A stretch of 64,000 nucleotides of DNA from a virus. Lineage: Duplodnaviria > Caudoviricetes. The DNA is taken from IMG/VR virus record IMGVR_UViG_3300010149_000008; one strand, given 5' to 3'. The notes under the pieces are model-generated. The model was given only the letters and a program-made list of their open reading frames with translations, did not search any database and had not been told where the DNA came from. The position numbers were made by a program, and so were the translations under genes. Shown piece after piece: positions 1 through 9,145 of this stretch (positions within the stretch are counted from its first letter, which is position 1; each line of letters begins with the position of its first letter).

Positions 1-1
1 C

Positions 2-679
2 TATTCAAGTTACGCTGTAACTTATAATTTGCAAGAAAAACAGTTTGACTGTGTTGAAGGACCTTGTGCTTGTGTAAAAGAAGGTGATGCACATACTTTA
101 TGTAGTGATAAGCCGTTAGCTGAAGATTTGTGGTCGCAACAAGAAAGCATACAACCACATAATAATCAAGTAATAGAAATACCTTATTATAATCAATATG
201 ACAACGCTAACTACCCGCATTCAACATGTCAAAATACTAGTATTGCAATGGTATTAAGCTACTTTCAATATAACATTCAACCAGATGAGATATTTTATAG
301 GTGGGGTAAAGATATTGCACAGTCGCCTTCCGGATTAAATCAAGTATATACAAGCTATTCTGCAAACAGTGAAATTAATACTTATACTAATGCTACTCCT
401 GAAGACTTGCGATCTGCGTTAGATAAAGGTTACATTGCAATTGTTCACGGATATTTTACATCATCAGGACATGTAATTGTCGTTAGGGGCTATGATAAGC
501 AGCATTACTACGTTAATGATCCTGCAGGCAAATGGGATGGTTGCTTTAAATGTGGATACACTACAGGCAATTACAATGGTATTACTAAATACTCAAAAAT
601 ATCATTTGAAAACGCAGTATTCACTTCAAATGGCAGCTCTTATTTACCCGGTTGGATCCATCTTATAAAAGGTAGTTAA
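2..679 (+). CDS. C39-like (papain-fold) cysteine peptidase; 5' partial
   Basis: PYYNQYDN...STCQNTSIAMVL (Gln + catalytic Cys), SSGHVIVVRGYD (His), YYVNDP. Frame is open from base 2, so the real start is left of the window. Confidence 0.8.
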   Translation, partial: YSSYAVTYNLQEKQFDCVEGPCACVKEGDAHTLCSDKPLAEDLWSQQESIQPHNNQVIEIPYYNQYDNANYPHSTCQNTSIAMVLSYFQYNIQPDEIFYRWGKDIAQSPSGLNQVYTSYSANSEINTYTNATPEDLRSALDKGYIAIVHGYFTSSGHVIVVRGYDKQHYYVNDPAGKWDGCFKCGYTTGNYNGITKYSKISFENAVFTSNGSSYLPGWIHLIKGS

Positions 680-680
680 A

Positions 681-1355
681 ATGAAGATTTTATTTAATGT
701 CTGTTTAATTTTTATTATGTTCATGATTAATTTATCATACGGTCAAAGTTATGAATGCGACAATAATTTTGGTGATTGTGGAACACCAAATCAAAGTGGT
801 GGAGGAGGTGGAGGTGGATCGATACTAATTGCAAATACTGATTTAGGCGACACCTACCAGCATGCTGACGACTATGATGATGACGGTATTGAAGATCCTT
901 CTGACAATTGTCCTAGGATTATGAATCCTGATCAGCTTGATCGAGACGGTGATGGAGTAGGTGATAGCTGTGATAATTGTCTTTCTATATGGAATAAAAA
1001 GCAAGAAAACACAGATGGCGATGACAAAGGAGACTTTTGCGACGAAGACATTGATAACGACAGCATATTAAACTATTATGACGAATGTCCTTATCACTGG
1101 GGTAACGATACATGTTTCGCATTAAATGTTTTAGAAAATTTTAATAACAATAGTGATTACGAAGATGAACACGCTGAAATAGGAAATACAAAAAGTTTTA
1201 AAGAAAATGACATGTTTATCAAAGCAAGTGATAAACATGTCAAATTAAATCAAAGCTGTAATTCATCGAGATATCCAGATTTTTTCAATGTTTTTGCTTT
1301 AATCTCTATAATAATGCTAGTTATTAAAAAGAAATGTAATGAACGAAAAATTTAA
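681..1355 (+). CDS. Secreted thrombospondin type-3 (Ca-binding) repeat protein with C-terminal TM/basic tail
   Basis: Signal peptide; DxDxDGIxDxxDNCP, DRDGDGVGDSCDNC and DIDNDSILNYYDECP repeats; ends SCNSS-x-hydrophobic-KKK. Confidence 0.8.
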   Translation: MKILFNVCLIFIMFMINLSYGQSYECDNNFGDCGTPNQSGGGGGGGSILIANTDLGDTYQHADDYDDDGIEDPSDNCPRIMNPDQLDRDGDGVGDSCDNCLSIWNKKQENTDGDDKGDFCDEDIDNDSILNYYDECPYHWGNDTCFALNVLENFNNNSDYEDEHAEIGNTKSFKENDMFIKASDKHVKLNQSCNSSRYPDFFNVFALISIIMLVIKKKCNERKI

Positions 1356-1689
1356 TGTAGGTGACTTTGTCTATGTTAAGTCTTACTATATTAAAAACAA
1401 TTTTAGTAAGCATGAGATACTTTATCTTAATAAAAGTTATGCGCTGATAAAAAACAAAAAAAATGGTGAACTTTATAAAAAAGTTGCAATAAAGGATATC
1501 ACAAAAAGTAAAGAAACAGCAGTAATAACTGAAGATATTGTAAAAGGTGATCTTGTAAAATGCATTGTTGACAACAGCAGAATAGAACAAGGTATCGTAA
1601 TTGATGCATATGAAAACTTTGTTCTTGTACTTATATCAACTAAAAAAAAGAAAGTTTCTAAAAACAGAGTTATTGTTGTTAATAATTAA
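1339..1689 (+). CDS. Hypothetical protein (possible SH3/KOW-like repeats)
   Basis: Overlaps the previous stop; FNVGDFVYV and IVKGDLVKC patterns. Confidence 0.55.
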   Translation: MNEKFNVGDFVYVKSYYIKNNFSKHEILYLNKSYALIKNKKNGELYKKVAIKDITKSKETAVITEDIVKGDLVKCIVDNSRIEQGIVIDAYENFVLVLISTKKKKVSKNRVIVVNN

Positions 1690-1765
1690 CCCAATTCTAA
1701 GTACTTAATCTGTATAGTAAAATATACATGCAATAGCTGCGGCTTGACGAAGCAGAAGGTATACT

Positions 1766-1975
1766 GTGAAAGTAAGAAACAAGTTAACAGGTAAAATTGG
1801 TATAATAAAAGACTGGAATAAAAGTTTAAACGGTAAAGTCTGTATTGTTGTTTATGAAATAAACATATCATACAACAAAAAGTATGACATATGTAAAGTA
1901 TTAATTGACAATAAAATACACACGGTTCCAAAACACTTTATAAAAATTTGTACAAGTTTGAGCGCTGACTTATAA
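1766..1975 (+). CDS. Hypothetical protein
   Basis: Co-oriented ORF, GTG start. Confidence 0.5.
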   Translation: MKVRNKLTGKIGIIKDWNKSLNGKVCIVVYEINISYNKKYDICKVLIDNKIHTVPKHFIKICTSLSADL

Positions 1976-2147
1976 TTACACATTAATATTTAAAAAGAAA
2001 GAGTGAACGAGCAATGAAAAATAAAAAAGAAGATAAAGATTTAAAAACAGTACTAATAATATCGTTTTCATATTTTGCATGTTTTTTAATACCTGCAATT
2101 ACAAATTGTATCCAGTAATAAGAAAAGTTTCTATCAAACCATACTAA

Positions 2148-2170
2148 AAAACCAGCTTAAAGCTGGTTTT
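2148..2170. terminator. Bidirectional intrinsic terminator
   Basis: AAAACCAGCT-TAA-AGCTGGTTTT perfect 10-bp stem between convergent units. Confidence 0.75.
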
Positions 2171-2217
2171 GTTTTATAGATTATTTGTTAATGTTACTGC
2201 GGAATACTTATACTGAA

Positions 2218-2592
2218 TTAAAAGTTAATATCAAATCCTGACTTACTTTTTTGCAAAGGAAGAATTATAGTCAATACTCCCTTTTCTAATGAAGCTTTAA
2301 CTTCTTTTTTTTCTATGTTTTCACCTACGTAAATTTTATGATTTAAGTTTGAAACAAATTGAGAATTACTTTCCTTGCTTTTACTTGTCACACTAAGATG
2401 TTTGTCTTTAAAAGTCATTTGAATTTCGTTTTGAGAAAGTCCCATAGCTTCAGCAGCAAATACAACTTTATCTTTTTCGTTTTTAATACTATAGCTAGAA
2501 CTTGATGCTAACCCATGCTTTAACATAACTACGTCTCTTTTTAATAGCGGCGAGCTCGCTTCAAGTATTTCTTCGATAAAAGATCTGTTCAT
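2218..2592 (-). CDS. Hsp20/alpha-crystallin small heat-shock protein
   Basis: GLSQNEIQMTFKDKHLSV and VKASLEKGVLTIILP alpha-crystallin signatures. Confidence 0.85.
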   Translation of the reverse strand: MNRSFIEEILEASSPLLKRDVVMLKHGLASSSSYSIKNEKDKVVFAAEAMGLSQNEIQMTFKDKHLSVTSKSKESNSQFVSNLNHKIYVGENIEKKEVKASLEKGVLTIILPLQKSKSGFDINF

Positions 2593-2668
2593 TTATAAAT
2601 TACCTTTCTAGTTTGTTTTTGTTAGTGTGTATAATATAAACACCAAAATTTAAATTGTAACCCTTTTA

Positions 2669-2908
2669 CTAAAATAAAATATTTTTATAGTAACTTTCAA
2701 TTAATGTTTTAACTGGTATCGATCTAATTTTACCTCCCCAGCTATTTACTAAAGTTTCTAGTTCTCTCATAGGCATCGTGTTTTTTTCAAGTAAAGAATA
2801 AACTTCTTCTTCATAGCTAGATATGTTTTCAAATATATAAATTATACTTGAATTTCCAATGTCTGTAATCTCTTTGTTTTCGTTAATAGTAATAATAAAC
2901 TTTTTCAT
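2669..2908 (-). CDS. Hypothetical protein
   Basis: ORF with GGAGG RBS. Confidence 0.6.
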   Translation of the reverse strand: MKKFIITINENKEITDIGNSSIIYIFENISSYEEEVYSLLEKNTMPMRELETLVNSWGGKIRSIPVKTLIESYYKNILF

Positions 2909-2938
2909 AACATAACCTCCTATATTAATAGGTAGGCA

Positions 2939-3193
2939 TTAATTTAAAAATTCTATACTGTTGTAACTTTTTAACCTCAATAAAACAATTTTGTCTTGAA
3001 CAAGTATGTCCATAAAAATATTGTTACTACTTTCGTCAATAAAATAGTCTGTGACAAGATAAAAACCTTTGCTTACTTCAACATTTATTGCTGTTACATC
3101 TGAAGGTGTAATTACTCCTATAAAGTTTTTATGTAAACAAAGAAGCTTGCCTATATATTTCAATTTAATAGTTCTTTGTATATACGTCTGCAA
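2939..3193 (-). CDS. Hypothetical protein
   Basis: Overlaps upstream gene end; co-oriented. Confidence 0.5.
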   Translation of the reverse strand: MQTYIQRTIKLKYIGKLLCLHKNFIGVITPSDVTAINVEVSKGFYLVTDYFIDESSNNIFMDILVQDKIVLLRLKSYNSIEFLN

Positions 3194-3638
3194 TACCTGA
3201 AGCTACAAAAGAATCTGGTTTTACTTTGCACACAAATCCACAACCTGTAATGTAACCTTTTATCATGCTTTCGTATCTAGAAGAATTGTGCTGTTTATTA
3301 GTATTAATATCAGCATGTATTTCTATGTTTGCACAATTAATTTTTTTTCTGATTTTAAAAGCAATGTCTATAGAATCAGTTGTTTCTTTAAGTAGTCTTT
3401 TTGATAAATCATAATACGAATCGTCAGAAACTTTTCTCTTAGTATAAAAAAATCTTCTATCATAAAAGCTGTTGTCATTTATTACGCATATTGCGTTTGC
3501 AAAAACAAATTTTCCTCCGAGCTTAACACTATCAGTACCTACAATAATTTTATGATTTTTGTTTTTTACAACTTTTTTTAATATTTGTATTACTTCTGTT
3601 TGAGTAAATATTTGTTTTTTGCTGTTTTTCCATTTCAT
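3165..3638 (-). CDS. RNase H-fold protein, DUF458/YkuK-like
   Basis: IIVGTDS, RLLKETTDSI, IEIHADIN, VKPDSFVASGIAD match the family pattern. Confidence 0.8.
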   Translation of the reverse strand: MKWKNSKKQIFTQTEVIQILKKVVKNKNHKIIVGTDSVKLGGKFVFANAICVINDNSFYDRRFFYTKRKVSDDSYYDLSKRLLKETTDSIDIAFKIRKKINCANIEIHADINTNKQHNSSRYESMIKGYITGCGFVCKVKPDSFVASGIADVYTKNY

Positions 3639-3917
3639 TTTATCACCTATATGATTGATAATTGACTTCGTTTGTTTTTAAACTAAACTTTAAACAAGTA
3701 TTACAGCTCGAGCTTTTTGTTTTTATTGATTTCATACGTTATATATAACGCTAACATATATGATTTTAATTGTAAAAGCTTATTGTTAAATAAACTGTAA
3801 TGAAAACAAGCAATATTGAAGCTAAGTATTTACCTAAAAAAACATAAAAAGGTTCTTTATGATAGTAGTAGTAAAAAAAAGAAAAACATATTGTTAGAAA
3901 AAAAGAGTATATTAAAT

Positions 3918-4484
3918 TTACCAATTATCTTTAACCTTTACTACTGTATAGCCGTGTGGAAATAAAACTTTTCTTTTGTACTCTTCATGAGTAAGACCTG
4001 AGCTTTTTATTTCTTCATGCCATTCTTTATACATTTGATAACCCAACTCAGTCAGCTCTTCTTCAATTGGAATATCTGAGTTTGAAGGATCTACGAAACC
4101 ATCATTAGGTTTAACCCATTTACCTTTATTACTTTTATTCTCGTTCTTGAAAAGCTTTAAGCTTTTTGGTGTTCCTTCTAATAAGGAAGCATTTAAAATA
4201 AATTCGCAGCTTACTTCTGTTTTTATTTTTGAGTTTTTTCTTGTAATAACTTCACATAAACAAAAAAGGTTTTTTCTGCCTTTAACTGATATTAATTTGA
4301 TCCATGCTTTTTTGTTTCTCTTAAAAGCTTTTATAAGATCAATTGCGTCTGCTGAAGAAGTTTCACCTTTCTGTATAGAAGTTGTTATGTTGTCCAGAAT
4401 GTCTGAAAATACTTTTGACTTTAAAGAAACATACATCCACTTTTGTTTTACGTCAAAAAACTTTAATTTAATTTTTTCTCTCAT
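3918..4484 (-). CDS. Hypothetical protein
   Basis: 188-aa ORF. Confidence 0.65.
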   Translation of the reverse strand: MREKIKLKFFDVKQKWMYVSLKSKVFSDILDNITTSIQKGETSSADAIDLIKAFKRNKKAWIKLISVKGRKNLFCLCEVITRKNSKIKTEVSCEFILNASLLEGTPKSLKLFKNENKSNKGKWVKPNDGFVDPSNSDIPIEEELTELGYQMYKEWHEEIKSSGLTHEEYKRKVLFPHGYTVVKVKDNW

Positions 4485-4533
4485 GATATTTCCTTTTTTT
4501 ATTATTATACATTTAAAAAGAAAATATTACACG

Positions 4534-4758
4534 CTAGTCAACATACTCCCATTTAGCTGCTTCAAATCCAAAGTTTTCAAATAAATAGCTTTCGATTTCA
4601 TCTTCATCTTCATCAAAAAGCTCTATTGATAAAGTCTTAGGCAAGCCAGCATTTACTCTAGCTTCTTCGTATTGCAAGTAATCAAACTCTGTGTCTTTAA
4701 AACACCAAGTAACTTTAATTGTATTTGTTTCTGTATTACTTTCTTGAGACATTTTCAA
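4534..4758 (-). CDS. Hypothetical acidic protein, similar to N-terminus of 32748..33722
   Basis: IKVTW...GLPKTLSI...EIESYLFENFG...W vs IQIIW...GIPIVVDL...QITDALSDEHG...W. Confidence 0.65.
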   Translation of the reverse strand: MKMSQESNTETNTIKVTWCFKDTEFDYLQYEEARVNAGLPKTLSIELFDEDEDEIESYLFENFGFEAAKWEYVD

Positions 4759-4785
4759 ACCTTTCTGTTTTTTGTCTATATATGT

Positions 4786-5010
4786 CTATGATTTTTGTTT
4801 TTTTGCTTTTTTGTCTATTTCGAATTGAATAAACCATAAAGCCTTACTCAAATCTTCTTCTGTTTTTTCTTTGTTTTTTTTGCCTGCTCGAGCAATATAT
4901 TTTATAGCACTTCCTAACTCAAAATTTAAAGACCATGCATTTATAACATCAATTACTTCGTGACCAGTATCTTTTAAATAATGTGTAGGATGATCCACGT
5001 TTTCTTTCAT
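4786..5010 (-). CDS. DUF3310-like phage protein
   Basis: VDHPTHY...EVIDVI...FELGSAIKYIARAGKK...EDLSKALWF. Confidence 0.85.
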   Translation of the reverse strand: MKENVDHPTHYLKDTGHEVIDVINAWSLNFELGSAIKYIARAGKKNKEKTEEDLSKALWFIQFEIDKKAKKQKS

Positions 5011-5047
5011 CTTTTTCCTTTTTAATTTATTATATGTAAATCTTAAA

Positions 5048-5662
5048 TTAAATTAAGTCTTCTATCTTTTGTATGCCAAAACTTCTTAACTCTTCCGGTT
5101 GAACTTCAATATCAATAAACTCTTTTTTAGCTTTATGCTCTTTAAAGTCACCACTTTCTAGACCTAACTTATGAGGTACACCTTCTAAATTAGCAATATT
5201 TCCGTTAAGTAAATCAGATTGATCAATATAGATTTTTACATGATGATCGAGTTTAGAACCTTTTGTTCTCAAATGAAATCTTACTTTGTCTTTAGAAGCA
5301 GAGCCAAATCTCATCCATGCAATACCTGTGCTGTTAAAAGTATCTAAAAGATTTGAACATTCCATAAAATTTTCTGAATTTGTATCAGAAGATAATATTT
5401 CTTCGTTTAAAGTATTGAGTATGTTAAGCCACACTATATTATCTTCTGACACTTTTGTTTTTGCCCATGCTCTTCCTCTGCCTGAAAACATTGCTTTTAT
5501 ACTTGCATTGCTTGTATGACTAATGTTTAGATGACAATTGATTGCTTCGTTAAATATTTCGCGAAGTAATGTAAGTTTAATTTCGTGCTGATCTTCTTCA
5601 AGCTTAGAAATAATATTATGTACACCAGGAAAAATAATTTCTTTGATTAATTGAATGTCCAT
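5048..5662 (-). CDS. Hypothetical protein, GRG/AW(I/M)R paralogue family copy 1
   Basis: FSGRGRAW, GIAWMRF, FHLRTKGSKLDH, LEGVPHKLGLE. Confidence 0.75.
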   Translation of the reverse strand: MDIQLIKEIIFPGVHNIISKLEEDQHEIKLTLLREIFNEAINCHLNISHTSNASIKAMFSGRGRAWAKTKVSEDNIVWLNILNTLNEEILSSDTNSENFMECSNLLDTFNSTGIAWMRFGSASKDKVRFHLRTKGSKLDHHVKIYIDQSDLLNGNIANLEGVPHKLGLESGDFKEHKAKKEFIDIEVQPEELRSFGIQKIEDLI

Positions 5663-5728
5663 TTGTTAATCACCTCCATAGAAATATTATATTTAAAAAT
5701 TAAACTTTTTACATGCATAAACAACTAA

Positions 5729-5911
5729 TTAATTTTTTCCAGAAATTAAATTTTCTGCATATTCTTTGTTGCATTTCATACATAGATTATCGCAATTATT
5801 ACAACCGTAATACTCATGAAAAGCATATTTGCATTCATGAAAATAAAAGTCATATTCCTTTTTACACTTATCACACTTAAGATTGTTTTTCATTTTTCTT
5901 AACACTTTCAA
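5729..5911 (-). CDS. Small Cys-rich (Zn-finger-like) protein
   Basis: CxxC, CxxC, CxxC motifs. Confidence 0.55.
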   Translation of the reverse strand: MKVLRKMKNNLKCDKCKKEYDFYFHECKYAFHEYYGCNNCDNLCMKCNKEYAENLISGKN

Positions 5912-6068
5912 TTATGTTTTCTTCTAAATCTAAAATTTGAACTTCATCAATGTAAGTTACTATTTCATAGTCGTTGTTTTTAGTTCTAAACAAAGAAGTT
6001 ATTTGAATGTCTAGGTCTAAGACTAGTTGTGCAAATTTTTTTAACTTTAAACTTTCTTTTTCAATCAT
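5877..6068 (-). CDS. Hypothetical protein
   Basis: Overlapping operon packing. Confidence 0.5.
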   Translation of the reverse strand: MIEKESLKLKKFAQLVLDLDIQITSLFRTKNNDYEIVTYIDEVQILDLEENIIESVKKNEKQS

Positions 6069-6331
6069 CTTTTATTTCTCAATAGCTCTCTAACTTCTTT
6101 TTGTGTCTGTGACATTTTGCCAACCATTCTTGCACCCGGCTTTTCTATTACATTTGATACTTGGCCAGATCTTAAACCACCATTAACTAAACAATAAAAA
6201 TCAAAATAATCTATCTTAGTCTCTTCATCTCTCCATAGATTTACAACCTCACCAAATCCATAGTTTTGATCTGCCCCTTTTAGTGAAACCCATAACATAT
6301 CGCCTAGTTTAATTTCAGTAGTTTTCGACAT
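6065..6331 (-). CDS. Hypothetical protein (SH3-like)
   Basis: IKLGDMLWV...GFGEVV; 4-nt overlap with next gene. Confidence 0.55.
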   Translation of the reverse strand: MSKTTEIKLGDMLWVSLKGADQNYGFGEVVNLWRDEETKIDYFDFYCLVNGGLRSGQVSNVIEKPGARMVGKMSQTQKEVRELLRNKR

Positions 6332-6647
6332 AAGGCAAATGATTTTCTGGTTTTGAAAAATATTTATGCAAGTGATATTCGTTTACAATACAAGCTTGAT
6401 TTGTCTTAAGTCTTGTCAAGCTAATCCTGACCATCCTTGTCGCACCTTTAGTTTCTAGTACTTCGCTTCCTAGATAAACAAAAGGTTCGTTTAACTTAAT
6501 AGGTAACTTTTGCCCGTCTAATCTTAGCTCTCTTTTTGCCGGCATAAAATAATTACCTTTGTTCCTAAGATAAACAAAGGATCCAGAGCCTGATTTGCTA
6601 TTAAAAATAATAATGTCGCCTTTTCTTATTTCAACGTATTTAACCAT
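6315..6647 (-). CDS. Hypothetical protein
   Basis: AAGGAG RBS and own promoter at 6667-6696. Confidence 0.65.
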   Translation of the reverse strand: MVKYVEIRKGDIIIFNSKSGSGSFVYLRNKGNYFMPAKRELRLDGQKLPIKLNEPFVYLGSEVLETKGATRMVRISLTRLKTNQACIVNEYHLHKYFSKPENHLPYVENY

Positions 6648-6666
6648 TATTGTCTCCTTTTTATAT

Positions 6667-6696
6667 ATTATAACAAAAATTTTTACTATTTACACG
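6667..6696 (-). promoter_or_regulatory. Early-type promoter CGTGTAA-N17-TATAAT
   Basis: One of at least 36 copies. Confidence 0.75.
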
Positions 6697-7615
6697 TATT
6701 AACTAACTCATTCGTTGCCCAATCAACATTTCTATATTTATTTGAAAAATATACACCGTATCCTGAACTGTTAGGTTGCTGGATTTTCTTATCCAATACT
6801 TCCTCTTTTGCAAAACCGATAAACATAGTAAGTAAATTATCTGGCAGCCTAACAGTCTTATGCAGCCTTTTAACATTTACTTTAAAGATTTCTTCTTTGA
6901 TGTTGTAATGGCTTGGCCAGTTGTTTTCAACAGCTTTGTAAAGGCATTCTAAAAATATGCTTTGTGTTTTTTTGTCTTCTGATATATTTTCTAAATTTCT
7001 ATACTTTAAATATTTTATTATCCTTGCTATTGTAAAAGGAGAGTCTGAAGAGCTTAGTTTAAGTATTTTTTTTGCATCACACTCTAATGCTTCTTCTTCA
7101 TAATAAACTATGTAATCATTTTTTTCTTTTAAAATTCCATACTTACAGTTTAATACGTCAAAAGAGTTAAAACATTCTTCGATATTTTTGAAGAAAAATT
7201 TATTTACCAACTGTACTTTTATATCTTTTATTTCTGAAATGTTATCATCGAAATAGTCAAAATTTAATGCAAAGTCGCTAGTGTAACAATTTAATTTTGG
7301 ATGTTCAAAAACGTTATCATAGTGACTTAAATTTTTCATATGTCCTGATATTTTTTTATATGCAAGATCATATTCGTTTTTTGAGTTGCAAAATAAGTCT
7401 ATGTCCCCTGAGCTGTAATATTCTGATAGGTAATTTATAATTCTATTAGTCTTTTTATTATTGCTATTTATATCAAAATGTGCATGACAAACTTCTCTTG
7501 CAAAACCTCCAGCTATCCAAAAGTTTGAGTCAAATGCTATTTCAATAACTGGGTTTCTAAATATATTATTTAACTGTTCTTTGTGTATACCTTCGACAAT
7601 AAAAGACTTGATCAT
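6686..7615 (-). CDS. Nucleotidyltransferase (pol-beta superfamily, CCA/poly(A)-polymerase head-like)
   Basis: WIAGGFAR...GDIDLF metal-binding motif, KVQLV, FNSFDVLNCK. Confidence 0.7.
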   Translation of the reverse strand: MIKSFIVEGIHKEQLNNIFRNPVIEIAFDSNFWIAGGFAREVCHAHFDINSNNKKTNRIINYLSEYYSSGDIDLFCNSKNEYDLAYKKISGHMKNLSHYDNVFEHPKLNCYTSDFALNFDYFDDNISEIKDIKVQLVNKFFFKNIEECFNSFDVLNCKYGILKEKNDYIVYYEEEALECDAKKILKLSSSDSPFTIARIIKYLKYRNLENISEDKKTQSIFLECLYKAVENNWPSHYNIKEEIFKVNVKRLHKTVRLPDNLLTMFIGFAKEEVLDKKIQQPNSSGYGVYFSNKYRNVDWATNELVNTCK

Positions 7616-7664
7616 TTTTTCTCCAGAAAAGTGTTAGAAAGAAAAGAGTTTTACTATGAAAAGT

Positions 7665-8213
7665 TTAATAAGTATACTCAAGCAATCCTTCAAGCTTTAG
7701 AAATTTCTCCCATTCTTTAAGCTCGAGCTCAGTACAGCTTGAAAGCTTAGCCTCTTTTATTATCTCATTTGTTTGTCTAACAATTTCTTCAGCTTCTCCA
7801 TTATTAATTGTACTGTTTTTTGTTTTTCTTCTTTTAGGCAAAGGCTTTTCTTGCTTTTTCTTTCTATCTTCTGGATTGATTTCTAACTGCATCTTTACTG
7901 GTGTATTTCCAAGCAAAGGTAAATCCTTGACTTGATTATCATTTATAATTAATACACAGTCTGGGTGATCAATTTTTGAACCTCTTTTCCTTACTTCGAA
8001 AATAACTTGAGGATTATCTTCGCTTCCTGTAGGTTTTGAAAATCTTATCCAGGCAAAACCTTCTCTTTCAACATGCCTTACATACTCAATACCATCAGGA
8101 GAATTTGCAATTGTCATTACTTTATTATACACATTAGAATCATTAGGTACCTTTACCCAACAATTACCTCTGCCTTTATATCGATCTCTTATTGTATTTT
8201 TAAAATTTGACAT
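7665..8213 (-). CDS. Hypothetical protein, GRG/AWIR paralogue family copy 2
   Basis: YKGRGNCW, GFAWIRF, FEVRKRGSKIDHP, LGNTPVKMQLE. Confidence 0.75.
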   Translation of the reverse strand: MSNFKNTIRDRYKGRGNCWVKVPNDSNVYNKVMTIANSPDGIEYVRHVEREGFAWIRFSKPTGSEDNPQVIFEVRKRGSKIDHPDCVLIINDNQVKDLPLLGNTPVKMQLEINPEDRKKKQEKPLPKRRKTKNSTINNGEAEEIVRQTNEIIKEAKLSSCTELELKEWEKFLKLEGLLEYTY

Positions 8214-8288
8214 ATTAAAGTTACCTTTTTAAGTTTTGTTGATGTTGTTTTGTATATTATAAATTAAAGTTTATCTAATATACACGCA

Positions 8289-8546
8289 TTAAGAAATTAA
8301 CTTTGATTTTCCTTGCCCAGGACCTACTGTTTGACCAGTCTGTGCAGCAGGTGTTCCTGCTGTTGCAACAGGAATTCCGGGAAGAACGTCTATTAAAATA
8401 TCTGCAGATGTTACAAACTCGTGTATTGCTTTAGCAACTGCATCACATCTTTGCTTTACTTTAGCTTTAGCTTCGCTTGTCATTTCAGTATCTTTTGTTT
8501 CTGCTTCAAAGAGTTCACTTGACAATTTTTCTTTTTTTAAAGCCAT
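8289..8546 (-). CDS. Hypothetical small protein (possibly virion-associated)
   Basis: C-terminal IPVATAGTPAAQTGQTVGPG motif; the function is a guess. Confidence 0.55.
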   Translation of the reverse strand: MALKKEKLSSELFEAETKDTEMTSEAKAKVKQRCDAVAKAIHEFVTSADILIDVLPGIPVATAGTPAAQTGQTVGPGQGKSKLIS

Positions 8547-8549
8547 TAT

Positions 8550-8831
8550 CTATTCCGTTTCTATAATATTGTAGCTGAAAATGATGAAGCTTTCTTTTGT
8601 ATTAGTATCTTTTACTTCAAGCATAACATCACAATCTGTAGTTACTGTGACTTCTTCAACTATTCCAGTTTTAACGTTTTCTTTAATTACATCATCAACG
8701 ACTACAGGCACATTAAATTTTATTTGTTTGTTTAGCAAGTAAGACTTTGAAATTTTATTGACATCTAAATAGTACAGTTCATGTTTACTTTTTATTTCTT
8801 TTAACAGATTTTCTAATAAGTCTTTGTTCAT
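8550..8831 (-). CDS. Hypothetical protein
   Basis: Operon packing. Confidence 0.55.
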   Translation of the reverse strand: MNKDLLENLLKEIKSKHELYYLDVNKISKSYLLNKQIKFNVPVVVDDVIKENVKTGIVEEVTVTTDCDVMLEVKDTNTKESFIIFSYNIIETE

Positions 8832-8834
8832 TTT

Positions 8835-9080
8835 TTATTTACCTTTTTTAAATAAGTTTTCAATAACTACTAAAAACTTTAGCATTGTTATTTCAACGTA
8901 AATTAAAGTTTTTAATACTAAAGAAGGATTGTTTGAAACTACATACATTTTTTGAAATTGTTTGTTTTGTTTTTTTGTTGGTTTACCTGAAACGATCCAT
9001 GATAGTTCTCCTTCTTCACTAACAATAGCTAACATAATGCTACCAGATAAAATTTGTTTTTCTAAGTTTTCATCTAACAA
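8835..9080 (-). CDS. Hypothetical protein
   Basis: Operon packing, TTG start. Confidence 0.5.
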   Translation of the reverse strand: MLDENLEKQILSGSIMLAIVSEEGELSWIVSGKPTKKQNKQFQKMYVVSNNPSLVLKTLIYVEITMLKFLVVIENLFKKGK

Positions 9081-9145
9081 TTTATTTCCTCATATTTATT
9101 ATTATATTATTTATATGAAAATTTACAACACAGAAACGAAATAAA

